The notes: a model not told the origin generated them from the letters alone. Positions 20,700-30,685 are shown, counted from the first letter of the stretch. The stretch: DNA of 64,000 nt from an uncultured delta proteobacterium (GCA_963848135.1 CAWKCK010000001.1:124001-188000), one strand, 5' to 3'. Translations and numbers: made by a program.

Positions 20700-21167
20700 A
20701 TGAAAAGCGGATTGTTTTTAAGAGGGTTACTGACAATATTGCTGTTGCTGGCCGTGGGGGCCTTGCCGGGTTGCGGTGAGAAGGAACAAACCCAGAGCAA
20801 GCCCGCTACTGTCTCAAAGGAAGATGTCAAAAAGGAGGCCAAGGAAGCTTATGACGCAACCAAGGCCTACACCCAGGAGCAGATGCAAGCCTTTCGCGAA
20901 CAGACGGATACCAAACTCACCGAATACAAAAACAAAATTGATCAACTACAGGCAGAGGCGGAAAAGCTGGGAGGGGATGCGAAGACAAAAGCTGAACAAC
21001 AGTTGACGGAATTGCGTAAAAAACGGGATGAGGTGTCTGAAAAGTTGAAGGAGCTGAGTTCTTCCAGCGGAAAAGCGTGGGAGCAACTAAAATCAGGTAT
21101 CGATGCGGCCATGGATGACTTGGGTAACGCTTATAAAAAGGCTGCGGCCGAGTTCGACAAATCCTGA
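20700..21167 (+). CDS. Coiled-coil lipoprotein (stress-associated)
   Basis: Lipobox-like LPGC; AWEQLKSGIDAAMDDL amphipathic repeat. Confidence 0.8.
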   Translation: MKSGLFLRGLLTILLLLAVGALPGCGEKEQTQSKPATVSKEDVKKEAKEAYDATKAYTQEQMQAFREQTDTKLTEYKNKIDQLQAEAEKLGGDAKTKAEQQLTELRKKRDEVSEKLKELSSSSGKAWEQLKSGIDAAMDDLGNAYKKAAAEFDKS

Positions 21168-21244
21168 AGACATTGGTGTTAATACTCTGTGGTGCCTGTC
21201 CGAGGCATTCAAGGGTGGAGAATCCTTCAGCCTGAAGAAAGCCA

Positions 21245-21376
21245 TGAACTAAACCAAGTCGGTCCAAACCAGATGTCGACTGAGAAGGCGGAAATACTTC
21301 TGCTTGCACCGATCGTGAGTGGTATTTTCTCGTGGGCGGCATCGTGCTTCTGGTCGTGGGAAAGAAAAAAAGCTGA
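21245..21376 (+). pseudogene. Remnant of a small membrane protein (DUF3185-like)
   Basis: QVGPNQMSTEKAEILLLAPIVSGIF, then frameshift to LVGGIVLLVVGKKKS*; no intact N-terminus. Confidence 0.5.
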
Positions 21377-21410
21377 TGGGAGGCAAAACGTTTCAATCAT
21401 GGAGGTTATC

Positions 21411-21701
21411 ATGGAGGACAAAAGAAAAGCTTACGAAGAAAAACTCGATGCACAGTTGAAGGAATGGAACGCGCAGATCGCTCTGTTCAAGGCCAGGGCG
21501 GAGAATGCCAAGGCCGACGCGAAGGTCGATTACTACAAGACCATAGAGGCCCTGGAGAACAAACGGGATAAAGCCAAAACGAAGTTGCAGGAGTTGAAGA
21601 CCGCCGGCGATGAGGCCTGGGAAGCTGTCAAAACAGGCACGGAAAAAGCCTGGGCTGAAATCAAGACCGCCTATCACGATGCGGCCTCAAAGTTCAAATA
21701 A
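21411..21701 (+). CDS. Coiled-coil stress protein (Sll1863-like)
   Basis: MEDKRKAYEEKLDAQLKEW...GDEAWEAVKTGTEKAW; GGAGG RBS. Confidence 0.85.
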   Translation: MEDKRKAYEEKLDAQLKEWNAQIALFKARAENAKADAKVDYYKTIEALENKRDKAKTKLQELKTAGDEAWEAVKTGTEKAWAEIKTAYHDAASKFK

Positions 21702-21734
21702 AAAGATTTTGGTGGCGTTAGAAAGGAGTCGAAC

Positions 21735-21884
21735 ATGCTTTGGACCATATTTATGATCCTTCTAGTTTTGTAGGGACTCGGATTGATGACCGGTTACACG
21801 CATGGCGGCGTCATTCATGCTCTGCTGGTCATCGCCATCATCGTGATGCTGATCCAGGTTATTCAGGGACGAAAGCGAGTGTAA
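21735..21884 (+). pseudogene. lmo0937/DUF5670-like small membrane protein with internal TAG
   Basis: MLWTIFMILLVL*GLGLMTGYTHGGVIHALLVIAIIVMLIQVIQGRKRV; TAG at 21771 where Trp is expected; AAAGGAG RBS. Confidence 0.8.
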
Positions 21885-22197
21885 TTATTTGAACCCTTAC
21901 CGCACTGGTTGATGTGTTTGCAGGAATGATCTGATTGTTAAATAGACGGGTTTATTCTCTCCCGAATGGAGCCTGGCGACGACTGTTGACTTAAAGCTGG
22001 GTTTTCCGACGACCCGCTTTGAGAGCTCCGTGTTTTACTCAAGCTTTCGATACAGGGCTCGGTTTTGGTTAAAACCCGGTGCACCTAAATAACAAAAGCG
22101 CTGAGGACAGCCGTTTGACCGGGTGGGGGCAATGCGAAATAATGTTGTCCGAATTCAGACCCGGCATTGCGACCTTACACTTGGGAGAGTATTAAAT

Positions 22198-22875
22198 ATG
22201 GAAAAATTGAATCCCGTGCAGCCTCTGTTTCCCCATTTACCGGAACGTCTTGCCGGCTTGGAGGAGCTGGCGGAAAATCTATGGTGGAGCTGGAATCCAG
22301 GCGCACGAATGCTCTTCAAGACACTCGACCGACAGGCCTGGAAGGAAAGCGGTCACAACTCCGACAAGATGCTCAGGGAGTTACCCCCCGAACTTCTGGA
22401 AAAGGCCGCCGCCGATGCCGACTACCTGCGTCAATATGACGCTGTGCTGGATGTGTTCAATACCTACATGCAACAAAAAGAATGCCGCCTGCTGGGGCCC
22501 GTTTCCCGGGATCACAAGTATGCAGTGGCGTACTTTTCCGCCGAATACGGTCTGCATTGCTCCTTACCCTTTTATGCCGGGGGGCTGGGCTTTTTGGCGG
22601 GAGATTACCTAAAAGAATGCAGCGACTTATGCCTCCCGCTGGTCGCTGTGGGGTTTATGTATCCGGAGGGCTATTTCCGGCAACAGATCCGGGATGACGG
22701 CTGGCAGGAGAACATCGTCGAGTCCATCAATCGCGAGGCCGCCCCTATTTCCAAGGTGATGGACAAGGATGGACGGCAACGCGTCGTCAAGGTGCCGCTC
22801 ACCGATCCGCCCATCCATGTCGCGGTGTGGAAGGTCGCCGTCGGGCGTGTCTCCCTTTATCCGATGGTGGACTGA
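22198..22875 (+). pseudogene. glgP: Truncated alpha-glucan (glycogen) phosphorylase, N-terminal part only
   Basis: LEELAENLWWSW, VAYFSAEYG, GGLGFLAGDYLK, GYFRQ; ends after ~225 aa. Confidence 0.88.
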
Positions 22876-22889
22876 GATAACATATCGGA

Positions 22890-24522
22890 ATGGAAACGGA
22901 AACCATCTTAATCTTGCTGTTCGTTGTGGCCACGGCCGTGGCGATCGCGGTGCAGCGCCTGGCTGTTCCGTACACAGTGGCCTTGGTCTTCACCGGCCTT
23001 GTGCTGGGGCTGCTGCATGCCTTCGAAGCACCCCACCTGACGAAGGCACTGCTGTTCAATGTGTTCCTTCCGGGATTGCTCTTCGATGCCGCGTTTCACA
23101 TCGAGTTCAAACAATTCTGGCGGAACCGCCTCACAATTAATTCTTTGGCCCTGCCCGGCGTGGTGGTGGCGATCGCGCTGACGGCCGTGATTTTGACACC
23201 GGTCGCCAACGGGCTTCATTTCGTGCAGGATTTTACCTGGAAACACGCGCTGGTGTTTGGTGCGATTATCTCCGCCACCGACCCCATCGCCGTGGTCGCG
23301 ATCTTCAATAGCCTCGGGGTTCCGAAACGTCTATCTGTGTTGCTCAATAGCGAGAGCCTCTTAAACGACGGCGTCGCAATCGTATTCTTTACGCTCAGTC
23401 TTGCGCTCGTGACGGGAACGGTGGTGACGGCCGGTGGATTGGCCCTCGATTTCATCAGGATCGTCGGAATTGGCGCGCTCATTGGGGCGGGAGTCGGTCT
23501 GGCCGTTTCTCAAGTCATCAAGCAGGTGGATGATCCGATGATAGAGATCACGCTGACGACGATTGCGGCGTACGGTTCGTTCCTGGCCGCCGAGCACTTT
23601 CATTACTCCGGAGTGATTGCAACCGTATCGGCGGGTATGCTTTGCGGAAACTATGGCGCCCGTATCGGCATGTCGCCATCGACCCGGATCACCGTGGAGA
23701 CGTTTTGGGAATACGTCGCCTTCGCTCTCAACTCCATCGTCTTCCTTCTGATCGGTCTGGAAGTGCACTTTCAGGCGTTACTGGACTCCTGGCAAGTGAT
23801 ACTGGTCGCCTATCTTGTGGTCACAGGCTGCAGGGCATTGATCATCTTCGGCGCCTCGTCGCTGCTGCGCAGGACGCGGGAACGAATCCCCTGGGCGTGG
23901 AGCGTGATCCTGATCTGGGGCGGGTTGCGCGGCGGATTGCCCATGGTGTTGGTCCTCAGTCTCCCAAAGGATTTTCCGCATCGGGAGTTGCTGGTTTCGA
24001 TGACCTTTGGGGTCGTTATTCTTTCGATCCTTGTCCACGGGTTGTCGATGTCGCCTCTGCTGCGATGGCTGGGCATTGTGCGCGGGCACGGAGAACGCGC
24101 CGCGTACGCGTTGACGCGCGGTAAGTTGCAAGCAGCCCGCTCCGCCCTGGAGGAGATCGACCGTAATGTCACACGTCCATTTCGCCAATCCCGATGTGCT
24201 CGCCAGTCTCCGCCGCGAATATGAGCGAAAAGTCAAGCGCGCTAGTGCAGCTCTGGATGAGCTACATCTCGAGAAACAGCAACTTCACGCAGAGGAAGTA
24301 CAATGGGCACGGCGGCATTTGCTGCTGGTGGAAAAGGGCGTGGTAATCGATGCCTTTCACCGCGGACACTTCAGTCAGGCTGTCCAGGAGAAGTTGCTTG
24401 TGGATATCGATGCGCAGTTACTACGTCTCGAATCGGGAGAAACCGACGAGACCAAAGAGCAAGAGCCGTCCCCAGGCCACATCGATGCGAATAACCCGAT
24501 GGAATCGTTGGGGGAAAAATAA
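22890..24522 (+). pseudogene. CPA1 Na+/H+ antiporter split by a +1 frameshift near 24165
   Basis: ATDPIAV, ESLLNDG, GGLRG motifs; C-terminal cytoplasmic domain continues in the 24166-24522 frame. Confidence 0.8.
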
Positions 24523-24631
24523 ATCTACTGACCCCGTTATCGTCAGAACGGCCTTTGAGGAGAGAGAGCCTCTACAATCGAAAATAAGTTAAAGAAAGTT
24601 TTCGATTCAATAAGTTAAGGAGATAAGGGCG

Positions 24632-24946
24632 ATGGTACTAAAAAGAATATTCTCTATATTAATAATGATTTTAATACTCGCATTTTTTGCTTGTGCTCAA
24701 GGTCCTAACAGCCCTATGGGCAACTGGGGCCATATGATGGGATACGGTTATGGTGGAGGATTTATGTGGTTTATCATTCTGGTTTTAGTCGGTGCAGGTA
24801 TTTATTTCCTGCTTCAGGTCTCAAAATCAAAAATCTCCGACAGCCCAATCATTGAAACACCTTTAGATATCTTGAAGAAGCGTTATGCAAAAGGTGAAAT
24901 CGACAAGGAAGAATTTGACCGCAAGAAAAAGGACTTGGAATCATAA
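24632..24946 (+). CDS. SHOCT-domain membrane protein
   Basis: GHMMGYGYGGG, TM helix, PLDILKKRYAKGEIDKEEF. Confidence 0.9.
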   Translation: MVLKRIFSILIMILILAFFACAQGPNSPMGNWGHMMGYGYGGGFMWFIILVLVGAGIYFLLQVSKSKISDSPIIETPLDILKKRYAKGEIDKEEFDRKKKDLES

Positions 24947-25045
24947 AGGCAACCGAAAATTAATCATATCCATATATTATCCATCGTATAAGAGCATGGC
25001 ATCGGGTTATTTTTTTAAAAAGAAATATGTGATATGGATTTATAA

Positions 25046-25265
25046 GCTATGACCGGAAAGCAGCGGCACGGCCCTATCCATCGTCCAGCACCTGCAACCG
25101 ACCCAAAAGTGGAGCTACTCCAGCGCAGTATCCCCATGCCGTTCGTCCATGTCAGGGATCCCCTGGGGGTGTACCGGGTCACGCTTATTTGATTCCGTCA
25201 TACGAGCCTTGCCATCCATTGCGGGGGCCTGCACTTGCTTGAAAGGGCTACCCGCGGAGCTTGTA
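25046..25265 (+). pseudogene. Remnant of a CheB methylesterase domain (CheB/CheR fusion type)
   Basis: Frameshifted fragments SGTALSIVQHLQPTQK / ELLQRSIPMPFVHVRD / PGHAYLIP / LAIHCGGLHLLE. Confidence 0.6.
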
Positions 25266-25364
25266 CCTACCAAGAATGGGCATGTTAACTGGAAAAGGTG
25301 ACCTGGGGGCTCATCCGGATAAAAAACAAAACGGATGTCGAGAAGGATAACGCGAGATTTGTAA

Positions 25365-26846
25365 ATGCAAAAAGCCTCTATAGAAATTATAAATAAGATA
25401 TTGGGCTCAGTTCGTGAACCGATATTGGTGCTCGATCCTGATTTGAAGGTTGTAAAAGCCAACCCGTCTTTCTACCAGACTTTCAACGTCAAACCTGATG
25501 CGACCGAGGGAACTTTAATATACGATCTTGGCAACCGGCAATGGGACATCCCTAAGCTTCGAGAATTACTGGAAGACATCCTTCCTCAGAACACAAAATT
25601 TCATGACTTTGAGGTGGAACATAACTTTGCAACGATCGGCCGAAAGATTATGCATCTGAATGCCAGGCGGATCTACAGAGCGGGTAACCAAACCCAGCTG
25701 ATCCTGCTGGCCATCGAGGATGTGACTGAACGTGAAAATTATAAAAGACATCTTGAGGAACTTGTTGAAAAACGAACGATAGAACTCAAAGTAGCGAAGG
25801 ACGAGGCGGTAAAAAGCAAGCATCTGGCTGAAACCGCCTTTTTTGAGATAAAGAAATTAAAAGACCAACTTGAAGCTGAGCGGGCCTATCTTCAGGAAGA
25901 AATCAAACTGGAATACAACCATGAGAACATCATCGGTCAAAGTGATGCAATCAATTACGTGTTTTTCAAAGTTGAACAAATTGCCGGCATTGATACCAAT
26001 GTCCTGGTTCTCGGTGAAACCGGTACCGGCAAGGAGCTGGTGGCGCGAGCGATTCACGGCTTGAGCCTGCGTAAGGATCGCGCGTTGGTTAAAATGAATT
26101 GTGCGGCACTGCCCTCTAACATTATTGAAAGCGAGTTGTTCGGCCATGAGAAAGGGGCTTTCACCGGAGCTCATTCCAGGCGGATGGGGCGATTTGAAAT
26201 AGCCAACGGTGCGACCCTGTTTTTGGATGAGATTGGCGAACTGCCGTTGGAATTGCAACCCAAGTTGCTCCAGGTGATAGAGACCGGCGAGTTTGAACGC
26301 CTGGGCAGCTCTGAGACGATAAAAGTCGATGTTAGAATTATTGCCGCTACCAATCGCAATCTTGAAGAGGAAGTCAGCAAGGGCCGATTCCGTGACGATC
26401 TCTGGTACCGGCTGAATATTTTTCCGATTACCATGCCGCCACTCAGGGAACGCATGGAAGATATATCGCTGCTTGTGAATTTTTACGTCCAAAAAATATC
26501 CAAACGGATGGGAAAGTCCATTGAAATCATTCCGGAACGCGTAATGAATGCCCTGCAAAATTATCACTGGCCTGGCAATGTTCGTGAGTTGGAAAACGTC
26601 CTTGAGCGGGGGGTTATCAATTCTTCGGGGCCGAAACTGCACCTGGTTGATGAACTCAAGAAGCCGTTCAAGGATGAAAGTATAAGCCAAAAACCTTTGG
26701 CTGCAGTCGAGCGCGACTATATTGTCCGGATACTTGAAAAGACCCATTGGAAAGTGAGCGGAAAAAACGGGGCGGCCGAGATACTTGGGCTCAACCGCAG
26801 CACTTTGCGCGCTCGCATGCGAAAGCTCGGTATCAGGAAACCATAA
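25365..26846 (+). CDS. PAS-domain sigma54-dependent transcriptional activator
   Basis: N-terminal PAS, GETGTGKE, ESELFGHEKGAFTGA, WPGNVRELEN, C-terminal HTH. Confidence 0.95.
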   Translation: MQKASIEIINKILGSVREPILVLDPDLKVVKANPSFYQTFNVKPDATEGTLIYDLGNRQWDIPKLRELLEDILPQNTKFHDFEVEHNFATIGRKIMHLNARRIYRAGNQTQLILLAIEDVTERENYKRHLEELVEKRTIELKVAKDEAVKSKHLAETAFFEIKKLKDQLEAERAYLQEEIKLEYNHENIIGQSDAINYVFFKVEQIAGIDTNVLVLGETGTGKELVARAIHGLSLRKDRALVKMNCAALPSNIIESELFGHEKGAFTGAHSRRMGRFEIANGATLFLDEIGELPLELQPKLLQVIETGEFERLGSSETIKVDVRIIAATNRNLEEEVSKGRFRDDLWYRLNIFPITMPPLRERMEDISLLVNFYVQKISKRMGKSIEIIPERVMNALQNYHWPGNVRELENVLERGVINSSGPKLHLVDELKKPFKDESISQKPLAAVERDYIVRILEKTHWKVSGKNGAAEILGLNRSTLRARMRKLGIRKP

Positions 26847-26857
26847 TTTTTATTCCC

Positions 26858-27098
26858 ACCTAATTTGAGCGATTGTCGAGGTTGCCGCAGCTACAAGGAA
26901 GATGTCGTTCCGTCCCGCCGCTGGCGGGATCGGCTATGCGGGATGGCATATGACGCCGTAGATGCGGCAACCATCCAGAGGCAGATAAAGATCGGTAATC
27001 CCGAGGGGTTTCAAATTTTAAAAATCAAACTTTGATAGAATTCCCTATAAATAAAGCCGTTCCCCCTCCATTTAAAATTTGAAACGCTTACTTTAGGT
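26858..27098 (+). mobile_element. MITE-like repeat, copy 2 (241 bp)
   Basis: ACCTAA...TTAGGT, flanked by CCC/CCC; two small internal insertions relative to copy 1. Confidence 0.85.
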
Positions 27099-27185
27099 CC
27101 CAATCTCGCTGGCTGACCATCGTATGTCTTCAAGACATTTATTTCTCCTGTCCCATCCATACCTCGCCGAAGAGACCACAAAATA

Positions 27186-27330
27186 GGGTTATATATCACC
27201 ATTGGTCAAATATGACCCTTCTCCTGCGTCGCCTGGCAACTCTCTTGTCGCTGTTTTTTACCAATTCTCCATATAAATCAATATGATGCATAGATAATGA
27301 CGTGCATGCCATCTCTGGCATGAAGTTTGA
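27186..27330 (+). promoter_or_regulatory. Sigma54-type promoter with tandem upstream palindromes
   Basis: GGGTTATATATCACCA (27186) and TGGTCAAATATGACCC (27203); TGGCATGAAGTTTGA at 27316-27330. Confidence 0.65.
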
Positions 27331-27446
27331 TTAAGTACAAAGTATGAATGAATGCGCACATGTGTTCAGAATGCTCGAGTTAGCCCACTATTGCTCTATA
27401 TGTTTTTGCTTAGGTTTACCCACTATTTAGTGCCCATCCGCGAAAA

Positions 27447-27608
27447 TTGGATGGCGCGCATACGTCGATACTGGAACTTAAAGTTGCCAAGACAGATATT
27501 GGAAAGGTTATCGGCAAGAAGGGCCGAACTGCCGGCGCACTGCGGACCATATTAAATGCTGTTTCGGCTAAGACAAAAAAAAGAACAGTGCTCGAAATCA
27601 TCGATTAA
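27447..27608 (+). pseudogene. khpA: KH-domain RNA-binding protein KhpA (UPF0109), N-terminally truncated
   Basis: SILELKVAKTDIGKVIGKKGRTAGALRTILNAVSAKTKKRTVLEIID*; in-frame stop upstream at 27411, N-terminal helix absent. Confidence 0.75.
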
Positions 27609-27643
27609 TCGAATGAGGTTGGCATTGCAGTGAGGTGACCGTA

Positions 27644-27964
27644 ATGATCATCATAAGAATTAGCATGACCGTGCTGCCGGAAAAGCAGTTGGAGCTTACG
27701 CAAACACTCATCTCCATGATCGGGTTGACGGAAAAGGAAAAGGGTTGCCTGAGCCATGCCGTCTTTTGCGATATCGAAGACAAGAACAGTTACATCCTTT
27801 TGCAGGAGTGGAAAACCCGTGAAGATCTGGATCGTCACATAAGGTCACATCGATTCGGCGTTTTGTTGGGCACAAAAACCCTGTTAGGGAAACCACCGAA
27901 AATTCAAATTCACACGATCTCCCAATCAGAAGGAATGGAGGCCATTAATGGGGTTAGGAGTTAA
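27644..27964 (+). CDS. Antibiotic biosynthesis monooxygenase (ABM) family protein
   Basis: EKGCLSH...LLQEWKTREDLDRHIRSHRF; GAGGTG RBS. Confidence 0.85.
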   Translation: MIIIRISMTVLPEKQLELTQTLISMIGLTEKEKGCLSHAVFCDIEDKNSYILLQEWKTREDLDRHIRSHRFGVLLGTKTLLGKPPKIQIHTISQSEGMEAINGVRS

Positions 27965-28040
27965 AAAATTAGGATCATCTCCAAAAAAGTTGGTGGTTTT
28001 TGCGGGTGCAATATTCATATCTTATTAAAATAAATATATA

Positions 28041-28244
28041 AATTAACCGCAGACGCACGCAGACATAACGCAGACAAACCCTTTTTACCCGGGCGACTTG
28101 CCCGGGTAAAAGGGGCATGCCTTTCAGGCAAAAAAGCGGATGGCCTCGCGTAGCGACTGCTTGTTTTGCCTCCGCAGGTCGCGGAGGCAAAAGTCTGTGT
28201 CCGTCAGCGTCTGTCGAGCGAGCGAAGTGAGCGGGCGGCCAATT
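28041..28244. mobile_element. Gene-less copy of the GxxExxY cassette ends
   Basis: CGCAGAC at 28048/28058/28069; hairpins at 28083-28111 and 28164-28192; GTCTGTG 28193, GTCAGCG 28203. Confidence 0.7.
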
Positions 28245-28464
28245 TAAAAACGCTATGATTCATGCATAAGCTTCGCATCAATATACTCCAACTAAATCGG
28301 AGAAGAACGTAATTATGCAGTATACCGGGAATTCCGGACTCCGGACTTCCTATTACATCGATACCGCAGGAAAGATCGTTATCTATGAGATAAATAAAAT
28401 TGCCGGTTTTTTTATTACTATAGTCCACAGCGCCTATTCATTTAAAAGTTAAGGTGAGTGTTAC

Positions 28465-28881
28465 ATGGCAATCATGTTTAAAATATGTCGATTATTTCTT
28501 CTCATCCTTAGTCTTGTGTTTCTGTTGAGCCTGACGGATGTCATCGCCCAGGAAGGTCTTCTCGACGGTAAAGTTTTTGTCGGGCAATCAAGAGAGAAAC
28601 ACAAGAGAGCGGTTAAAGAAGACGAACTGAGATTTCTGGACGGTAAATTTCACTCGGCCATATACGCACAAAGAGGCTTTAATGAAGGATTGTATACAGC
28701 CAAGGCAGGAGAGGATGAGATTTATTTCGATGCCGAGACCGTCAATCCAAAAAAAGGCAATATTAAATGGCGCGGTATCGTTCGTGGAGATTCCATTGAA
28801 GTGAATTATCGCTGGGGCAAAAGGGGTTGGCTGAGTAATTCAGAAAAAAACTATTCGTTTAATGGGTCATTAAAGAAATGA
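28465..28881 (+). CDS. Exported hypothetical protein
   Basis: Signal peptide, 138 aa, beta-rich pattern. Confidence 0.75.
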   Translation: MAIMFKICRLFLLILSLVFLLSLTDVIAQEGLLDGKVFVGQSREKHKRAVKEDELRFLDGKFHSAIYAQRGFNEGLYTAKAGEDEIYFDAETVNPKKGNIKWRGIVRGDSIEVNYRWGKRGWLSNSEKNYSFNGSLKK

Positions 28882-29023
28882 ACGAAACGCAAGACCAGCT
28901 TTTCCTTTTTCATATTCTCGAATGTCCTAAAAATAATGGCTTGGCAACGTCAGGCCCGGTTGGATCGATTCTATCGTGTAGTCATTTTGGCAGGTGTTAG
29001 TCAGAAGTAAGGAGTCTCATAAT

Positions 29024-30502
29024 ATGAACGTTCTCTTCATCTACCCGAAGTTTCCGGATACGTTTTGGTCTTTTTCGTACGCCATACGTTTTATCGGAAA
29101 GAAAGCGGCATTCCCGCCGCTTGGCCTGCTCACTGTCGCGGCCATGCTGCCGGAACAATTTCAAAAGCGTCTCGTAGATGTGAACGTGGACCGGCTTACC
29201 GATGACGACCTATCCTGGGCCGATATGGCCTTTATCGGGGGAATGGCGGTTCAACGGGCCTCGGCGAAACAAATCATCGGGCGCTGCAAGCAGATCGGAT
29301 TGAAAGTCATCGCGGGCGGGCCGCTATTTAGTGCCGAACCGGACGAGTTTGAGGAGGTGGATCATCTCGTCCTGGACGAAGCCGAACTTACCCTGCCACC
29401 TTTTCTTGAAGATTTGAAAAATGGCCGACCGAAAAAGATCTACAGGGCATCCGGTTTCTGCGATCTTCATCAAACCCCTTTACCCTCTTGGGGTCTGATA
29501 CGCATGAAGAAATACGCGTCCATGAGCATTCAGTTTTCCAGGGGATGCCCGTTCAACTGCGATTTTTGTAATGTGACGGTTCTCTTCGGTCATCGGGCAC
29601 GGATGAAAACACCCCAGCAGGTCATTTCAGAACTGGATCCTATTTATGATGCCGGGTGGCGCGGTAATATTTTTTTCGTTGACGACAATTTTATCGGCAA
29701 TAAGCGCTATCTTAAAACACAGTTGTTGCCTGCCCTGATCGAATGGCGAAAAGATAAAAAAGGATGTGTTTTTTTTACGGAAGCCTCCATTAATCTGGCC
29801 GACGATCTTGAGCTCTTGGATATGATGACCAAGGCCGGCTTCGATTGCGTTTTTATCGGCATTGAGTCGCCTGATGAGGGCAGTCTTGCAGAGTGCCAGA
29901 AAACCCAGAACAAAAACCGGGATCTTCTTAAAGATGTCAAAACGATTCACCGTGCTGGAATACAGGTTATGGGTGGTTTCATCGTCGGTTTCGACAGCGA
30001 TACACCATCAATCTTCCAGCGGCAGATCGATTTCATTCAGAAAAGTGGAATCGTTACTGCAATGGTGGGGATTCTCCAGGCAGCGCCGGGCACACGACTC
30101 TTTGAACGACTTCAAATGGAAAACCGGGTGATGCAAACTTTTTCCGGAGACAATGTCGATGGAACAACCAATATAATTCCTAAAATGGGTCTGGACATGC
30201 TTTTGGACGGGTATCGATCGATTATGAAACAGATCTATTCACCCCATAACTTCTACCGTCGGGTAAGGAATTTTCTGAAAGAATTCAAAGCACCGGACAT
30301 CACTATACCCATAGATTTTCATCGGTTCCTGGCGTTCTTCCACTCCGGCTTTAGACTTGGTATTTTGGGAAAGGAACGGTTCCAGTTTTGGAACCTATTG
30401 CTCTGGACACTGATCCGCAAGCCTGCGCTTCTCCCATTAGCCGTTACCCTTGCCATATACGGTCATCACTACCGCAGAATACGTGAATTATATATTCCAT
30501 AA
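29024..30502 (+). CDS. B12-binding radical SAM protein (DUF4070 type)
   Basis: PPLGLLTVAAML, SRGCPFNCDFC, FFVDDNFIGN, GFIVGFDSD. Confidence 0.92.
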   Translation: MNVLFIYPKFPDTFWSFSYAIRFIGKKAAFPPLGLLTVAAMLPEQFQKRLVDVNVDRLTDDDLSWADMAFIGGMAVQRASAKQIIGRCKQIGLKVIAGGPLFSAEPDEFEEVDHLVLDEAELTLPPFLEDLKNGRPKKIYRASGFCDLHQTPLPSWGLIRMKKYASMSIQFSRGCPFNCDFCNVTVLFGHRARMKTPQQVISELDPIYDAGWRGNIFFVDDNFIGNKRYLKTQLLPALIEWRKDKKGCVFFTEASINLADDLELLDMMTKAGFDCVFIGIESPDEGSLAECQKTQNKNRDLLKDVKTIHRAGIQVMGGFIVGFDSDTPSIFQRQIDFIQKSGIVTAMVGILQAAPGTRLFERLQMENRVMQTFSGDNVDGTTNIIPKMGLDMLLDGYRSIMKQIYSPHNFYRRVRNFLKEFKAPDITIPIDFHRFLAFFHSGFRLGILGKERFQFWNLLLWTLIRKPALLPLAVTLAIYGHHYRRIRELYIP

Positions 30503-30685
30503 GGCAGCCTTTGAATTGCCGCTGGAATGATGCAAACGCTCCATCACGTTTTCAATGTATACGTTCCGGCGAGGATGAGCGCCGTCAGGAGATCCTCAAC
30601 GGCTTTGGATTGAAGGCATCGATTCACTTCAGTCTTGATCTTTGTGCCAACGTTTGTCAAACAGCACAACGTCCGGGAGGTTAAC

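Noticed and set aside
21771..21773. In-frame TAG as possible pyrrolysine or readthrough codon
   Set aside because: Falls at an expected Trp (TGG to TAG, single change) amid many other pseudogenes; no pyl genes in the window.
22070..22125. c-di-GMP-I riboswitch-like CCTAA...GACAGCCG
   Set aside because: The 5' GGCAAA/GAAA/GACGCAAA elements are absent.
25857..26747. Long antisense ORF (296 aa) and similar shadow ORFs elsewhere (e.g. 45722-46492, 60750-61490)
   Set aside because: They overlap well-supported genes and have no motifs; typical artefacts of codon bias.
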